A stretch of DNA of 64,000 nt from Epithemia pelagica (lineage: Eukaryota; Protista; Bacillariophyta): positions 1,922,001 to 1,986,000 of the forward strand of contig OX337229.1 in the NCBI GenBank assembly GCA_946965045.2, in the 5' to 3' direction. Shown here one piece after another: positions 1-10,212 of this stretch (position 1 is its first letter; the number at the start of each line of letters is the position of its first letter). The translations under genes and the position numbers were made by a program. The notes beneath the pieces were generated by a model. The model was not told the origin of the DNA. It worked only from the letters and a program-made list of their open reading frames with translations, and made no database searches.

Positions 1-89
1 TGACAACGACATCTGCGACGACCACGGCTTCGCGAAACAGTCTCTGGGAAGGACTGGGAGGTCCAATCCAAGTGCAGGGCTATCCTAGT

Positions 90-1262
90 ATGGGCAATCA
101 CGTGGTGGACCCAACTTTGGATTCGTGTTGTCAACGTGAGCTCGAAGACAGTCGGAAATACAGTGCCCTTCGTCGAACCCTGCAGCGACATGACGTTGTG
201 GCCGAACGAGAACGTCGTCGACGTAATTTAGTGCAGGCGTCGGACTTTGATGGGTGTCGATGCTTGTATGTTCCTCGATTGGATGGAGGAGGTGACTATC
301 GCGCCTTGTCCATTTTGCGAAAACAACGACAACAACAAATGTCTACTCTCAACATGGGAGAAGAATTGTATTGTGTCGATATTGCGGAAGTACAAGAAGA
401 TGACGTGTTTCCGAACTCGGAACGATCAAACGTAGAGAAGGACGATGAGAAGGACGAGGTTGACGAAGAAGAAGAGGAGGATGAATTTGATTATCTATTG
501 GACGAGGATCTTCCAGGACAGAGCGAAGAGCTCAAGTTAATTGAAGAACAACGTCGTGCAGAACTTGAAATGGAAATGTTGGAGAAAGAAATTCAATTGC
601 AACATGGATATGGCGTTCATCGTCAAATGCATCCATCTCATGCACTCAAGGCAGCTGGATTGGTTCCTGGATCTCGCGATCCCCCGCCGTGTGTTGTAGT
701 TCACTTGTTTGATCCAGACTCGATGCAATCGGCATCGTTGGATTTGTACTTGGAGAAATTGGCCACTCAAATGCGAGGAACCAAGTTTCTGAGGACCAAT
801 GGCCGTGGCACGCTCCGGTCTGAGGCCACATTGGTGGAAAAGGTGTTGCCACGGATTCGCGCCAATGCCGATTTACCCCTCTTGATTGCCGTACGAAACG
901 GAGTAGTGGTTCAAACAAGTCCAGGGCTCCAAATCTTTGGGGACTCGCGCCGATACAGTGAAAATAATGATCAAGAGGCCTCTATCCTGCCGGAAGCCGT
1001 GTACGAGTGGCTGGATCAACTGGGTGTTTTGCACGAACGACCACCCCCACTGGAAGCCTTGTGTCGGATTCGTCCCGAAGAAGAAGTTCTCATGGACTAC
1101 TTGGCCAAGCAAAAGCCATCGTCGCCGCCGCAAATGGAGGAATTTTTTAAATGTGGCATGCCGGGCTGTCAAAAACTCTTTGCCCATCAACATGTAGGCG
1201 TGGAAACCAAGGAACAAAGTGGATTGGTCGTCTCCGAGAGTGAGATTTTAGGACAAAGCTAG
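90..1262 (+). CDS. Phosducin-like / thioredoxin-fold protein with acidic linker and C-terminal Cys/His cluster
   Basis: The track ORF 72..1262 starts at GTG; the first ATG is at 90. CVVVHLFDPDSMQSASLDLYLEKLATQMRGTKFLR ... LPLLIAVRNGVVV resembles the phosducin-like Trx domain. The C-terminus contains CGMPGCQKLFAHQH. No intron is needed. Confidence 0.6.
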   Translation: MGNHVVDPTLDSCCQRELEDSRKYSALRRTLQRHDVVAERERRRRNLVQASDFDGCRCLYVPRLDGGGDYRALSILRKQRQQQMSTLNMGEELYCVDIAEVQEDDVFPNSERSNVEKDDEKDEVDEEEEEDEFDYLLDEDLPGQSEELKLIEEQRRAELEMEMLEKEIQLQHGYGVHRQMHPSHALKAAGLVPGSRDPPPCVVVHLFDPDSMQSASLDLYLEKLATQMRGTKFLRTNGRGTLRSEATLVEKVLPRIRANADLPLLIAVRNGVVVQTSPGLQIFGDSRRYSENNDQEASILPEAVYEWLDQLGVLHERPPPLEALCRIRPEEEVLMDYLAKQKPSSPPQMEEFFKCGMPGCQKLFAHQHVGVETKEQSGLVVSESEILGQS

Positions 1263-1366
1263 TGATTGTAGAAAAGGGGAAACTTGTGTGAATTGCAGCC
1301 TACTTCCTAATAATGGAACAGAACTAGTTCATTCGTTGTGCGTCAAATCTACAGACGGCCAGCGCA

Positions 1367-2958
1367 TTAGTACCAAGACTGTCGATGTCCTCCACCTCGT
1401 TTGCGATGTTGACTGAGTCCTTTCATTTTGGACTTGCCGCCTTTCTTGGCACCAGCCGATCGCCTATTCTTGGGACCCGTTGAAGGTGCTGTTGTCGAAG
1501 GAATACCAAGACCAGTTTCATCGAAAAGCCCCTTGTCGCTTTCAGCGACTTGCCACGCAGTACTGAGCTCCTTGGCCATGGCTTTGGCCTGCGAACGTGG
1601 TCCCTCGTATTCCCCCAAAACAAGAAAGGGTAATTGCCAAATGGGCTTGGTCGCCCAACTTTCTTGAATCACGATTGAGTCACCTGTGAGCAGAGAATCG
1701 TGGCGGTAGTCGTGATTCTCTTCTTCATCATAATCCTCGTCCGCATCTTCCATGGTTCCATCGAGAAAATTGTTGCCGTTGGTGGCTATTCTTTCCCAGC
1801 AGACATCCATCTCAGCATTGGCTGCAGCTTCATTCACTCGCCTCATGTAATTCTGCACCAACAGCTCCACATCCTGGACATGATCATTCGATGCATGCAA
1901 TCTTAAGGGGGACAGGTCCACCAAGACTCGATCGACGGGTTGTTTGGTTTCAGAACCAGTTGATTTGTACAAGATTATTTGAGGTTTCCCTCTAGCATCA
2001 CACCATTGTCTGTATGTGTTTGCCAAGGGAGACCCTTTTCGGGTTCTTCGATTGCCTCTTCCAGTAAGCGAGACATAACCCTTTCGTTGCGCTCGATTCA
2101 ATTCGGCCCGTTCCACGTCATTGAGTCGATGGGGAACGGAGCGACTCCCATATCCCTTTTGTTTCGAGGGTTGGCCTCGACTCAGACGTTCTACATCGTC
2201 ACGAGACACTCGACGCAATGACTTCATTGGTCTTTGATGATTGCTGTTATTGGTACCGCTGTTGCTCTTTCGGGGACCCGAGACGTAGGAAATCATGCGT
2301 TCGGGCAATCGTACTCGGCCAGCTGTTGGATGATCTTTGATTGCCTCTACTTTGAGTGATTGTCCTCTCCACTCATAATTGTGAAATCTCAGTATTGCAG
2401 CCTATACCAAGCAACGACAACCACATTCGTTTTGAGCAATGCTGCTTGGCAGTCACGTGCCACAGCGAGAATGAATCGTTGTCCCTGCCTGCCACGTACC
2501 TCTTTTTCTTGGACGGTGGGGAAGGAAACAAAGCCAAACTGCCGAGAAGTCATGTCAGCCTTGCGTACGACACATGCTGGCACGGATTGCAAGGAGCTCA
2601 CGGATCGAAAAAGTTCTGACAGATCATTATCGTTTACAAATTCACAAAGGTTGCCGACAAAGAGCGTGGTATCCATCATCGAATCTGGCAATTCGGACAT
2701 TTCAAAGCGTTCTCCACCCACCATTTGTTCCACCATGTCAGCAATATCTGCTTCCTGATCCGAGTATACAGAAAGAGGTCGATATCTCCTACAAGGTCTG
2801 TCATTGTGATGAATGAAACTGCCGCGTGGACCGTTGGAGATGAATGATATCTTTGCGTGAGCTTTGCGATTGTTGGCGAAAACAAATCCAGCGGCAACAA
2901 CCAATTCACGCAGATCTAAAATGACGAGACCAAACAAAAATCGACTGTAGCACCACAT
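1367..2958 (-). CDS. RRM RNA-binding protein fused to a basic conserved C-terminal domain; probably plastid-targeted (2 exons, about 497 aa)
   Basis: Exon 1 is 2958-2500, the intron is 2499-2402 (GTACGT...TATAG, 98 nt) and exon 2 is 2401-1367. Splicing joins track ORFs 2389..2958 and 1367..2308 in frame (..TVQEKE|AAILRFHNYEWRGQSLKVE..) and completes the RRM (RNP2 TLFVGNL, RNP1 RQFGFVSF). The N-terminus is hydrophobic and ends in VVAAG-F. Confidence 0.8.
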
Positions 2959-3487
2959 CTTGCATTCGAAATGAGCATAGCCTGGGCAGCAAGGCTGTGG
3001 TGTTGCCGTGAAGATTGATCTCCTCGAATAGAAAAAAGCATTGCATACACATCACACCGGTCTTCGGTATGTATCGGAACTTCGTTCAAGATTCTCGATG
3101 ACACAGAATTCGTGCAAACAACCAGGCGGTTATAAATATCAAAATTTAAGGAAGTATATTGAGCGACGAACAGGCTATCCGCGAGGGATTCATCAGAGTG
3201 ACGTCTTGAGACTTTTGAATGCGACTGCGACTGTATCGCAGAGCTACCCTATGAATCTACCTTAGGAGGTAAAGTAGGAGTACTCATCCCTAGCTAGAGC
3301 TAGAGGAGTGTAGGAGAAGGTCAACAAGACGGCTTCGTATCTAGAGGCATCGTTTATTGGCAACACAAAGCCAACTTCCACCTTTCTGTCCTCATACGAG
3401 ATGCCACGTTTGTTTCGACCGTGTTTCCATAGCCCGGTCACTGCCGTGTTATCCAGGGCAAAAGCTCAAGGTCACTACCTACTCTCT

Positions 3488-4355
3488 CTAGGAAACTGGG
3501 CATCCTCCTGACATTGATCGAAGGGAGGCTTCCCGTGACGGCTCTGGCGGCAAAAAGTTGACTTCCACTCCGTCTCTTCCACCAAAAATGAGCTAGATGA
3601 TCCCATACGATGAACATAATAAACAAGAAATACGCCATTAGAAAAAAGTTGGTGTGAGGCGCGGCGTGTTATCCAAAATAAAAACGTACCTTGTTATTTT
3701 CAAGATCAATCAGGCATTTGAATCGACGCATCTGATCGATCCCCATAATCATCATGTCTTGCGGAACATCCAAAACCAAAAAGTATAGCAAAAATTCCAC
3801 GTGACCGATAGACACGGGGCAATTCTCAATGACCCCGAGTATTCTTGCTTGTCCTACACCCTGAGCAACTCCCTGCATAGAGGTATTTAGTTTGGATTGA
3901 AGACCCAGAGTCCTCATCAATTGGGCGGATATGACTGACGACTGCGCACCCGTATCCACCATCATTTCGACAACTCGACCATTGATTTCAGCAGGAACAA
4001 AGACAAGACTTTGATTTTGTCGCATAGAGAGGCCGTCACTCGAAATGGCCGAACGTGCGCCGGAGGTAGACCGTCGTGATGGTAAAAATCCGCGTGGACC
4101 AGGAACGGAACGTCCTTCCACTACTGGAATACTCCCTGGAAACGAGTTGCCGCCATTGCGCGAGTTCGTCCTCAAAGCCTGTGAAAATGGTCTTGTTGAA
4201 TCGTTCGCTTGATTTTGACTGTATTCGTTCGCGTGATTTTGTCTGTATTCCTGTAATTGTTGAACTTCCTCTTGAGCCTGTAAATCGTATGCCATTTGCA
4301 TGTCCGCAGCGAATTGGGCATCTTCCTGCACGCTTCGATCGCGTTGGTAACTCAT
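3488..4355 (-). CDS. DDI1-like retroviral-type aspartyl protease (2 exons, about 256 aa)
   Basis: Catalytic motif MMVDTGAQSSVIS, flap GVAQGVGQARILG and IMGIDQMRRFKCLIDL. Intron 3689-3593 (GTACGT..TCTAG); exon 2 reads LIFGGRDGVEVNFLP...CPVS*, with TAG at 3490-3488. Confidence 0.85.
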
Positions 4356-4624
4356 TGTGGGCTCTTGCTTTAACGACTATTCGAAGCTTCCTTCTTCTTC
4401 TTATGATAAGCAGCAAACGACTTTTATGTATACGCTAGTGTTTCGGTTCGATTCATTTCATTTCCAACAATCGCTGACAACGACAACCCATTTGAAACCA
4501 GGTCTTTGTGTTCATTCGTGCTCGTGAGCAAAAAGCCAAGACCATGATCCAGTCGTGATCGTGATCGTGTCGCTATTGCTGCTAACTGCTAACTGCTAAC
4601 CCCAAGTACTCCTATGGTTTTGTT

Positions 4625-4679
4625 CCATCCAGAGTTGCAACTCCAGACCAGTTGGCCATCCAGAGTTGCAACTCCAGAC
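4625..4679. repeat. Two exact 24-bp direct repeats (CCATCCAGAGTTGCAACTCCAGAC, period 31), each containing the 12-bp palindrome GAGTTGCAACTC
   Basis: Units at 4625-4648 and 4656-4679, read directly from the sequence; intergenic, upstream of the DDI1-like start. Confidence 0.9.
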
Positions 4680-4915
4680 TTGGACCTTTATCAATCATTG
4701 AACAAATCCTGCCACGCTCCAGTTACGAGAAATATTTCATGAACCAGCACGTCGGACAACTTGCTTTTGATAATGGATGGTGCTAAGTAATAGCTATCTA
4801 TATTCGGCAGAATGGATAAAGGATTCAACATAGGCGTTCGATTCAAGGTATCATTACGATTCTCAATTCCCTTGACCAGTCTGGGTCGAATGCATGCAGT
4901 TATTGGATCATGTTA

Positions 4916-6823
4916 CTATCGATTCACATACGCAACGACTTGTCGGGGTAAGTTCGCCAGTGCACCCAGGGCAAACTCAGAGGGAGATTCCTTGCTCCGA
5001 AATTCGACAAACGTTGTGTTGGTAGAACAAAGCTGACAAATACGTTGCAATGTCGAAAAGTCGGAACGTCCAACACCCACAAAAATGATAGATAGAGGCA
5101 GTTCCTTGTACACTTCAATCTTTCGATACGTTTCATCAAAATCGTCCATAATTCCATCCGTGATCACCAGGAGTACGGTGTATATCATCGCTGATTCTCT
5201 ACCAGTGATTCTTGCTTGATGGTGCGCCTTGGCTTGCATGGCCGCCGCTTGTATGACTTTTAAGAAAACCGTGGGTCCCGACATTGTAAAGCCAGAACTG
5301 AATATTGACCGGTATGCTTCTAGGATGTTGTTCACTCCTTTCACCTGAGGGTTTGGTCCACACTGGAACAAATGCCGTACTACGCCATCACCAAACTTGG
5401 CACCAAACCCCCACACCGAACAGCTGCGGTCTCCAGAGTAACCTTCGATTGCCTGCCCCACAGCCATTATTGTCTCCTCATAGTCATTCAGACTTTCACT
5501 TTGAAAGTGCAAGCTTGATTCATCATTTATGGGATCACCGTTTGAACTCGTAAAGTCAATGGCTACGCAAAAGTTGAACTGACACTCATTCCTCAACAAC
5601 AGTTCCTGAAATGCTTGCTGCTGGAGTCTCATAGATTGCTCTGTATCCACTCCAATTTGGACAGGACTGTACACTTGCACATGTACCAAATCGACAGGTT
5701 CCTCTGACGACTGTTGAGCAAATGCGCCGCATTCAGAAAAGTTGCCCGATTCATCAAGAGTAACAATATCCGCCTCAAGCACTGTTAAACGACCAACATC
5801 TTTAGCTTTGCTTTCTGATTGTTGCAAAATAAACTGGCATCCTTCTTCGTTATAGGATTTCGGAGACGGGAGTTCCTCTCTTGCCATTGCGAGCTCATTT
5901 TCTCGTCGAACGGTTGCCGCTTCCAAAAGGAACCGAACAGTGGTCTCGCAATATCCAACGAGAGTGGGCGCCCGTTGGGGCCATACAGCAAACACAGAAA
6001 CTCTAATCTGTTGGTGAATATCTCCGTGGCAAAGACATTCTAAATTGATCGATCCAGGGTCCCATCGGGGGTTCAAGGTGTTACAGACTGGTTGTGATCG
6101 GAAGACTGCAATCCAAACATGACGTGATTGAGAGTCTGGTCTTCTCGACAGAGCCACACTAAGGTCCGGGAGAGATTGAAAGAGAGAACCAGACAGTAGA
6201 GACTTCCGACGAGGAAGTTCAAGATTCTTGGCCGCAAATCGAATTCTTAGATACTTGATTTCTTCGCCTTCGGTACCATCCACAGTGGCTATACTTCGCG
6301 AGGGAGGTTCCAATCTTGAAAAGACAACTCCCCCCTTACGGAGCCTTCGCGCCCGCCAATTACTAGGTGATCCAAGGATGTCTCCAACTTCAAATCGAGC
6401 AGTCCCCAGGAGGGTTTTTCGTTCCTGCTCGGACGGATTCTGCGGTGCGGCGAAGATGTGAACAAAAAAGAAAAGCTTGGTTCCATATTTGTAGTCCAGA
6501 TGAAAGACCTCGGTGTATTGTGGATTACAGCAACGTGGAATAACCTCAGTTTGACCATGGTGGATCCCAGGGCTGGTCACCATCCCATCGATGAATTCAT
6601 TGTCATTGGAGGCTTGGTCGCTGCAAGTCGCAGCGCTGGTAACTACTGCATAGGTGCTGGGGTATCCCCCACGTAAAAGACCTTGTCGAGGCAAGTTCGC
6701 AACTTGAATCCACAAACGATATCGGTTCGTGAGAAGAGGAAGATCTTCACTACTCTCGTTGAAGCCCGAGCTGTCGTAATGTTGTTTCTCGGAGAAAGAG
6801 CAAGTGACGGTACTTGTGTCCAT
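4916..6823 (-). CDS. Copine (two C2 domains + vWA domain)
   Basis: C2-like segments (HGQTEVIPRCCNPQY; RSQPVCNTLNPRW) and a copine vWA domain (NFCVAIDFTSSNGDP, VWGFGAKF, GPTVFLKVI, LLVITDG, LPLSIIFVGVGRSDF). First ATG at 6823; the track start at 6871 is non-ATG. Confidence 0.9.
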   Translation of the reverse strand: MDTSTVTCSFSEKQHYDSSGFNESSEDLPLLTNRYRLWIQVANLPRQGLLRGGYPSTYAVVTSAATCSDQASNDNEFIDGMVTSPGIHHGQTEVIPRCCNPQYTEVFHLDYKYGTKLFFFVHIFAAPQNPSEQERKTLLGTARFEVGDILGSPSNWRARRLRKGGVVFSRLEPPSRSIATVDGTEGEEIKYLRIRFAAKNLELPRRKSLLSGSLFQSLPDLSVALSRRPDSQSRHVWIAVFRSQPVCNTLNPRWDPGSINLECLCHGDIHQQIRVSVFAVWPQRAPTLVGYCETTVRFLLEAATVRRENELAMAREELPSPKSYNEEGCQFILQQSESKAKDVGRLTVLEADIVTLDESGNFSECGAFAQQSSEEPVDLVHVQVYSPVQIGVDTEQSMRLQQQAFQELLLRNECQFNFCVAIDFTSSNGDPINDESSLHFQSESLNDYEETIMAVGQAIEGYSGDRSCSVWGFGAKFGDGVVRHLFQCGPNPQVKGVNNILEAYRSIFSSGFTMSGPTVFLKVIQAAAMQAKAHHQARITGRESAMIYTVLLVITDGIMDDFDETYRKIEVYKELPLSIIFVGVGRSDFSTLQRICQLCSTNTTFVEFRSKESPSEFALGALANLPRQVVAYVNR

Positions 6824-7249
6824 TGTCAAAAAATGTTTCCCCGTGGATTTCACAAGGATTTTGAATCCCACAGCACAAGTGCGTGGTATCCGCGACCGGA
6901 AGAAATCTGAGAAATAAGAAAGACAACGTAGGGAGGTTAGCTGTTAGCTTTGAGTTGGAAGTTGGAAGTTGGAACGTCTCGAGTTACAGAAACCAAAGAT
7001 CCTGACTGACTAGAGCAACTGTCATTTCTTCGATTGGCGATAAAGTGGACCCCATCTTCTGCTCCGTTGCAAGTTTCAACAAGCCAAAGTTAGTCGCGGA
7101 CGCTGGATAACTTCAGCATGTACAAGGTCGCAGAAACATTCCTCTGAAACAACCAGATCATACACCTTGGCCAAGGTAATCAAATCTATACACAACTCTG
7201 GTTCAAGGCATTCTTTGAGCCTTTTTCCTGCCTCGATGAAAGGGCGTTT

Positions 7250-8176
7250 CTAGGGATTTTGTATGCACCACCCGTCACCTGTCTCCGTATCCATGACTCG
7301 AACCCAGATCTTTTCAACAATGGGATCAGACCCTAAGGGTCGTCCTGATCTTCGCATTCCTAGCAATTCTTCAAACTGTGGTGAGCCGCGGTCGAGAAGC
7401 ATTGCCAGAGGATCGTTCGGGACGAGTTGTACAGTATCCCCGACCGCCAAAAAGTCGGCCCATTCAGACCGTTTCCCATCATTGGAATTGGACTATTCCT
7501 CTGTAGTTTCAGATGGATCACCTGGACCTCGTTTCTTCCAAAACAACTCTCCTACCTCCGTCTGTTTGTCCTTTGGTAGTTGTCCAGCGTCAGCTTCAGC
7601 TGGTCCATCCCGTGGAGATCCAAAGTAAATTCCATGTGCTGGGAGGGAAGCACCAATCCCCATACTGCGAGCCCAGTAGTAGCCACCCACATGATGATTG
7701 GCAAGTCCAAGTCCTAGATAGGCTCCAGCAGGTTCAACCAGTTCCACAGACGTGTCGACACAACACACAGACAAGGACTTGCCACAACCCTCTCTGCTGA
7801 CCACAGCATCTCGTTTAGCTGTCGATGTGACAGTCGTGTGAATGAAAATAGCCCGGCAATCGTCAAAGTTTCCCTGAAATGTTTCCATGGCATGTTTGGG
7901 GTTCTCTAAAAACTCATCCACAGACAATCCTGCGCCGTACTCATTCAGGTATCGTTCCAACAGCGAAATTTCGACGAGAAGGCTTGGTGTGGGAAGACTT
8001 GCGAGCAAGTCGCCAACTTTTGCTCTCTTGCTTGAACTTGTCGCCACACCGTCAGCGGCGCTGTATTGATTCGAGCAAAGCTCGTTCCGAGAAACAGCTG
8101 AGTTTGAATTGGTGATGAAACCCAAGGTGGTGTCAAATGTCAGAAACAGCGCTACGCAGAACGAACAAGAGATCAT
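7250..8176 (-). pseudogene. D-serine dehydratase (DSD1)-like C-terminal-domain protein, plastid-type presequence, interrupted by a single in-frame TAG at 7495-7493
   Basis: ATG at 8176 (MISCSFCVALFLTFDTTLG-F). LPTPSLLVE, AIFIHTTVTS and VGDTVQLVPND resemble DSD1/fold-type-III PLP family motifs. Track ORFs 7493..8335 and 7250..7450 are in the same frame and read ..ETTEE*SNSNDGKRSEWADFLAVGDTVQLVP.. with no plausible intron around the stop. Confidence 0.5.
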
Positions 8177-8649
8177 GGCACGGGCAGCGTTCGTAAATCG
8201 GGCGTTAGAATAACTCTTGAAGATGTTGCTATGTTGTCTGCAATTTACGGATATGGTCGATGCAGAAGTGTCGACCACCGTACGAATACGGCTAGAGAAA
8301 AAAGAAAAATCTGAAAGCGTCATTCGTTTAATCACGAGCTGCTTATTCTCGCGGGTTTCGTCTAAGTGTCAATGCCTCCGCCCTACTGGTAGCCGCGGCA
8401 CATGGAGAACGGAGACCCCTACCGAAGACCACAATAGAAGTAGCAACTATCTAGATGATCACGCGTTGATCTGTGATCGTCTTGTGGTCGTCAACGCACT
8501 TCTCTACGATAAAGACACACTTGCTTCCATTGCCAGTCTAGGTTTTGCAACGCCTGATGTATGCTTGTGTTTTGCTATATGTATATTTCGCAATATGTAT
8601 AGTTACCGAAAGGGAGGATGCAAGACATGTGACCATACAATCACCAAGT

Positions 8650-9564
8650 TCATTCATCTTGATTTGCGGGAGGAGCAGAAGGTTCTACAGGAGCAGAAGT
8701 CGCAACGGTTTCTGTCGGTTCTGAAGTTCCGCGTACGTTGTTGTTGCTCAGTCGGAGTTCATCTCGAATCTCTCGAAGAAGAACCGCCACTTCTCCGCTA
8801 TTACTGGAGGCTTCTTGGATTCCACGATCTTCTATTACCATTGCCAGGCGCCCCGTGGCTGTGGCAGTATTGACATTTCCACCATTTTGCTTGAGACTCA
8901 TGGCGAGTTTCTGGAATGCAAAGGGATCTTTGAGACCTGTAATTTTAAGGCCATTCCGAACTGATGTGTCGGTATGAACTTCCACGACGGTAAGCTCATT
9001 GTTCACAGCACATGTTCTGTTGTTTCCATCCGAGACAGTGCATTCCGTGATACGATCATAGGGGATGAATTGCGAGCGCTTTCGAATGGTGCAGCAGGAT
9101 TCACCCCAACAAGCGGGACGTTGATCATGAACAAACAGAATTCCAGTCCGCGTCAAGGCAATGTGCTGAGACCTTACATTCCAACGAACATTACGATTCA
9201 AGTTGCATGGTAGAAGAGACAAGAGTATCCAGGGAATGGTGGATGGGCAACAGACTGAAAAGAAACCCAAGAGACTCCATCCGACACATCGATAGTGACT
9301 TTCCATGTTCTCGTAGTCGAAATCAAAGACCGCGATAATTCCATCATCTTCGAAATCACCTCCTTCAAAGAAATCGTCTCGCCAACTCAAGCCATTGGTT
9401 TCAGGGATCCCAGTGAATTCTTCAGCCACAACGTTGGAGGCAGGTTGATCAAGTTCGACCGCTGTGGCAGCCGTCCCAGCAACAGTGTACGCTGGGATTT
9501 CTTGTTCCTTCTCGGGGACAACCGCGTACGCATTGGCTGTAGGAACTTCGGATGTTTTACCCAT
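8650..9564 (-). CDS. Uncharacterised membrane-associated protein (hydrophobic Cys-rich segment followed by a PH-like beta-rich region)
   Basis: 304-aa ATG-initiated ORF with coding-like composition. IIAVFDFDYE, a hydrophobic stretch (WSLLGFFSVCCPSTIPWILLSLLP) and QHIALTRTGILFV...QFIPYDRITEC suggest a PH-like fold (inference). Confidence 0.6.
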   Translation of the reverse strand: MGKTSEVPTANAYAVVPEKEQEIPAYTVAGTAATAVELDQPASNVVAEEFTGIPETNGLSWRDDFFEGGDFEDDGIIAVFDFDYENMESHYRCVGWSLLGFFSVCCPSTIPWILLSLLPCNLNRNVRWNVRSQHIALTRTGILFVHDQRPACWGESCCTIRKRSQFIPYDRITECTVSDGNNRTCAVNNELTVVEVHTDTSVRNGLKITGLKDPFAFQKLAMSLKQNGGNVNTATATGRLAMVIEDRGIQEASSNSGEVAVLLREIRDELRLSNNNVRGTSEPTETVATSAPVEPSAPPANQDE

Positions 9565-10212
9565 GGTTTGATGTTTGCTTTTAGGAGTAGAAGAGAATGT
9601 AAAGACCTGTTGCTGATCTTATGGGGGAAGATGAAGATACAATCTCACAAAAACATCGAGCATGAAAAATTTAAGTCGTGATGCGCGCAGCGCGCAGACA
9701 CCGTTTCTCGATTGTTCCTATTAATCCCACGACTAACGGTAGCGTAGCGGTAGCTATGTGTAAGGTTACCTATTCTACCATGCCAAATGACTTGCGACAA
9801 TGGGGCAGAAGAGTTTGGCATTCAACGACATCCCATCAATAGCGGTCGGTCCAGACCCATCATATGCTTACAAGGTGTCCATAGTGGGCTATCCTGTCCA
9901 TCGTCAACGCGATCTCTGCGACTTTTCCCATTTTCACATCGAAGCAAGTCGACTAAATCCACATTAAGCACTAAAGGCGATCAAAATCATCCATTTTAAG
10001 GAGTGACCCAAGCCGAGAGGCTAACCCAGTCCCTTTTTCATCCCTTCAGCTTCCTATTCTCAGTTTTTGTCTTTAACCCGTCGCAACGGCCACGTGGACG
10101 AATCCTCCAAACGTATGTCGTGGATAAGGATAGTCTATGAATATCGAAGTTACTATTAACAAATTTACTACTGCACATTAATCATAATAGGAGTTGGATT
10201 TCGCAGTAGATA

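Noticed and set aside
3941-3990. DTGA aspartyl protease as an LTR-retrotransposon remnant
   Set aside because: There are no gag, RT or integrase motifs and no LTRs. The sequence context (GVAQGVG, GIDQMRRFKCLIDL) is DDI1-type.
4625-4679. Direct repeats as a CRISPR array
   Set aside because: Only two units with a 7-nt spacer, in a eukaryotic context with no cas genes. The same applies to the 37-bp duplication at 59032-59105.
7493-7495. Genome-wide TAG reassignment
   Set aside because: TAG is the evident terminator of several other genes here (1262, 3488, 4916, 45193).
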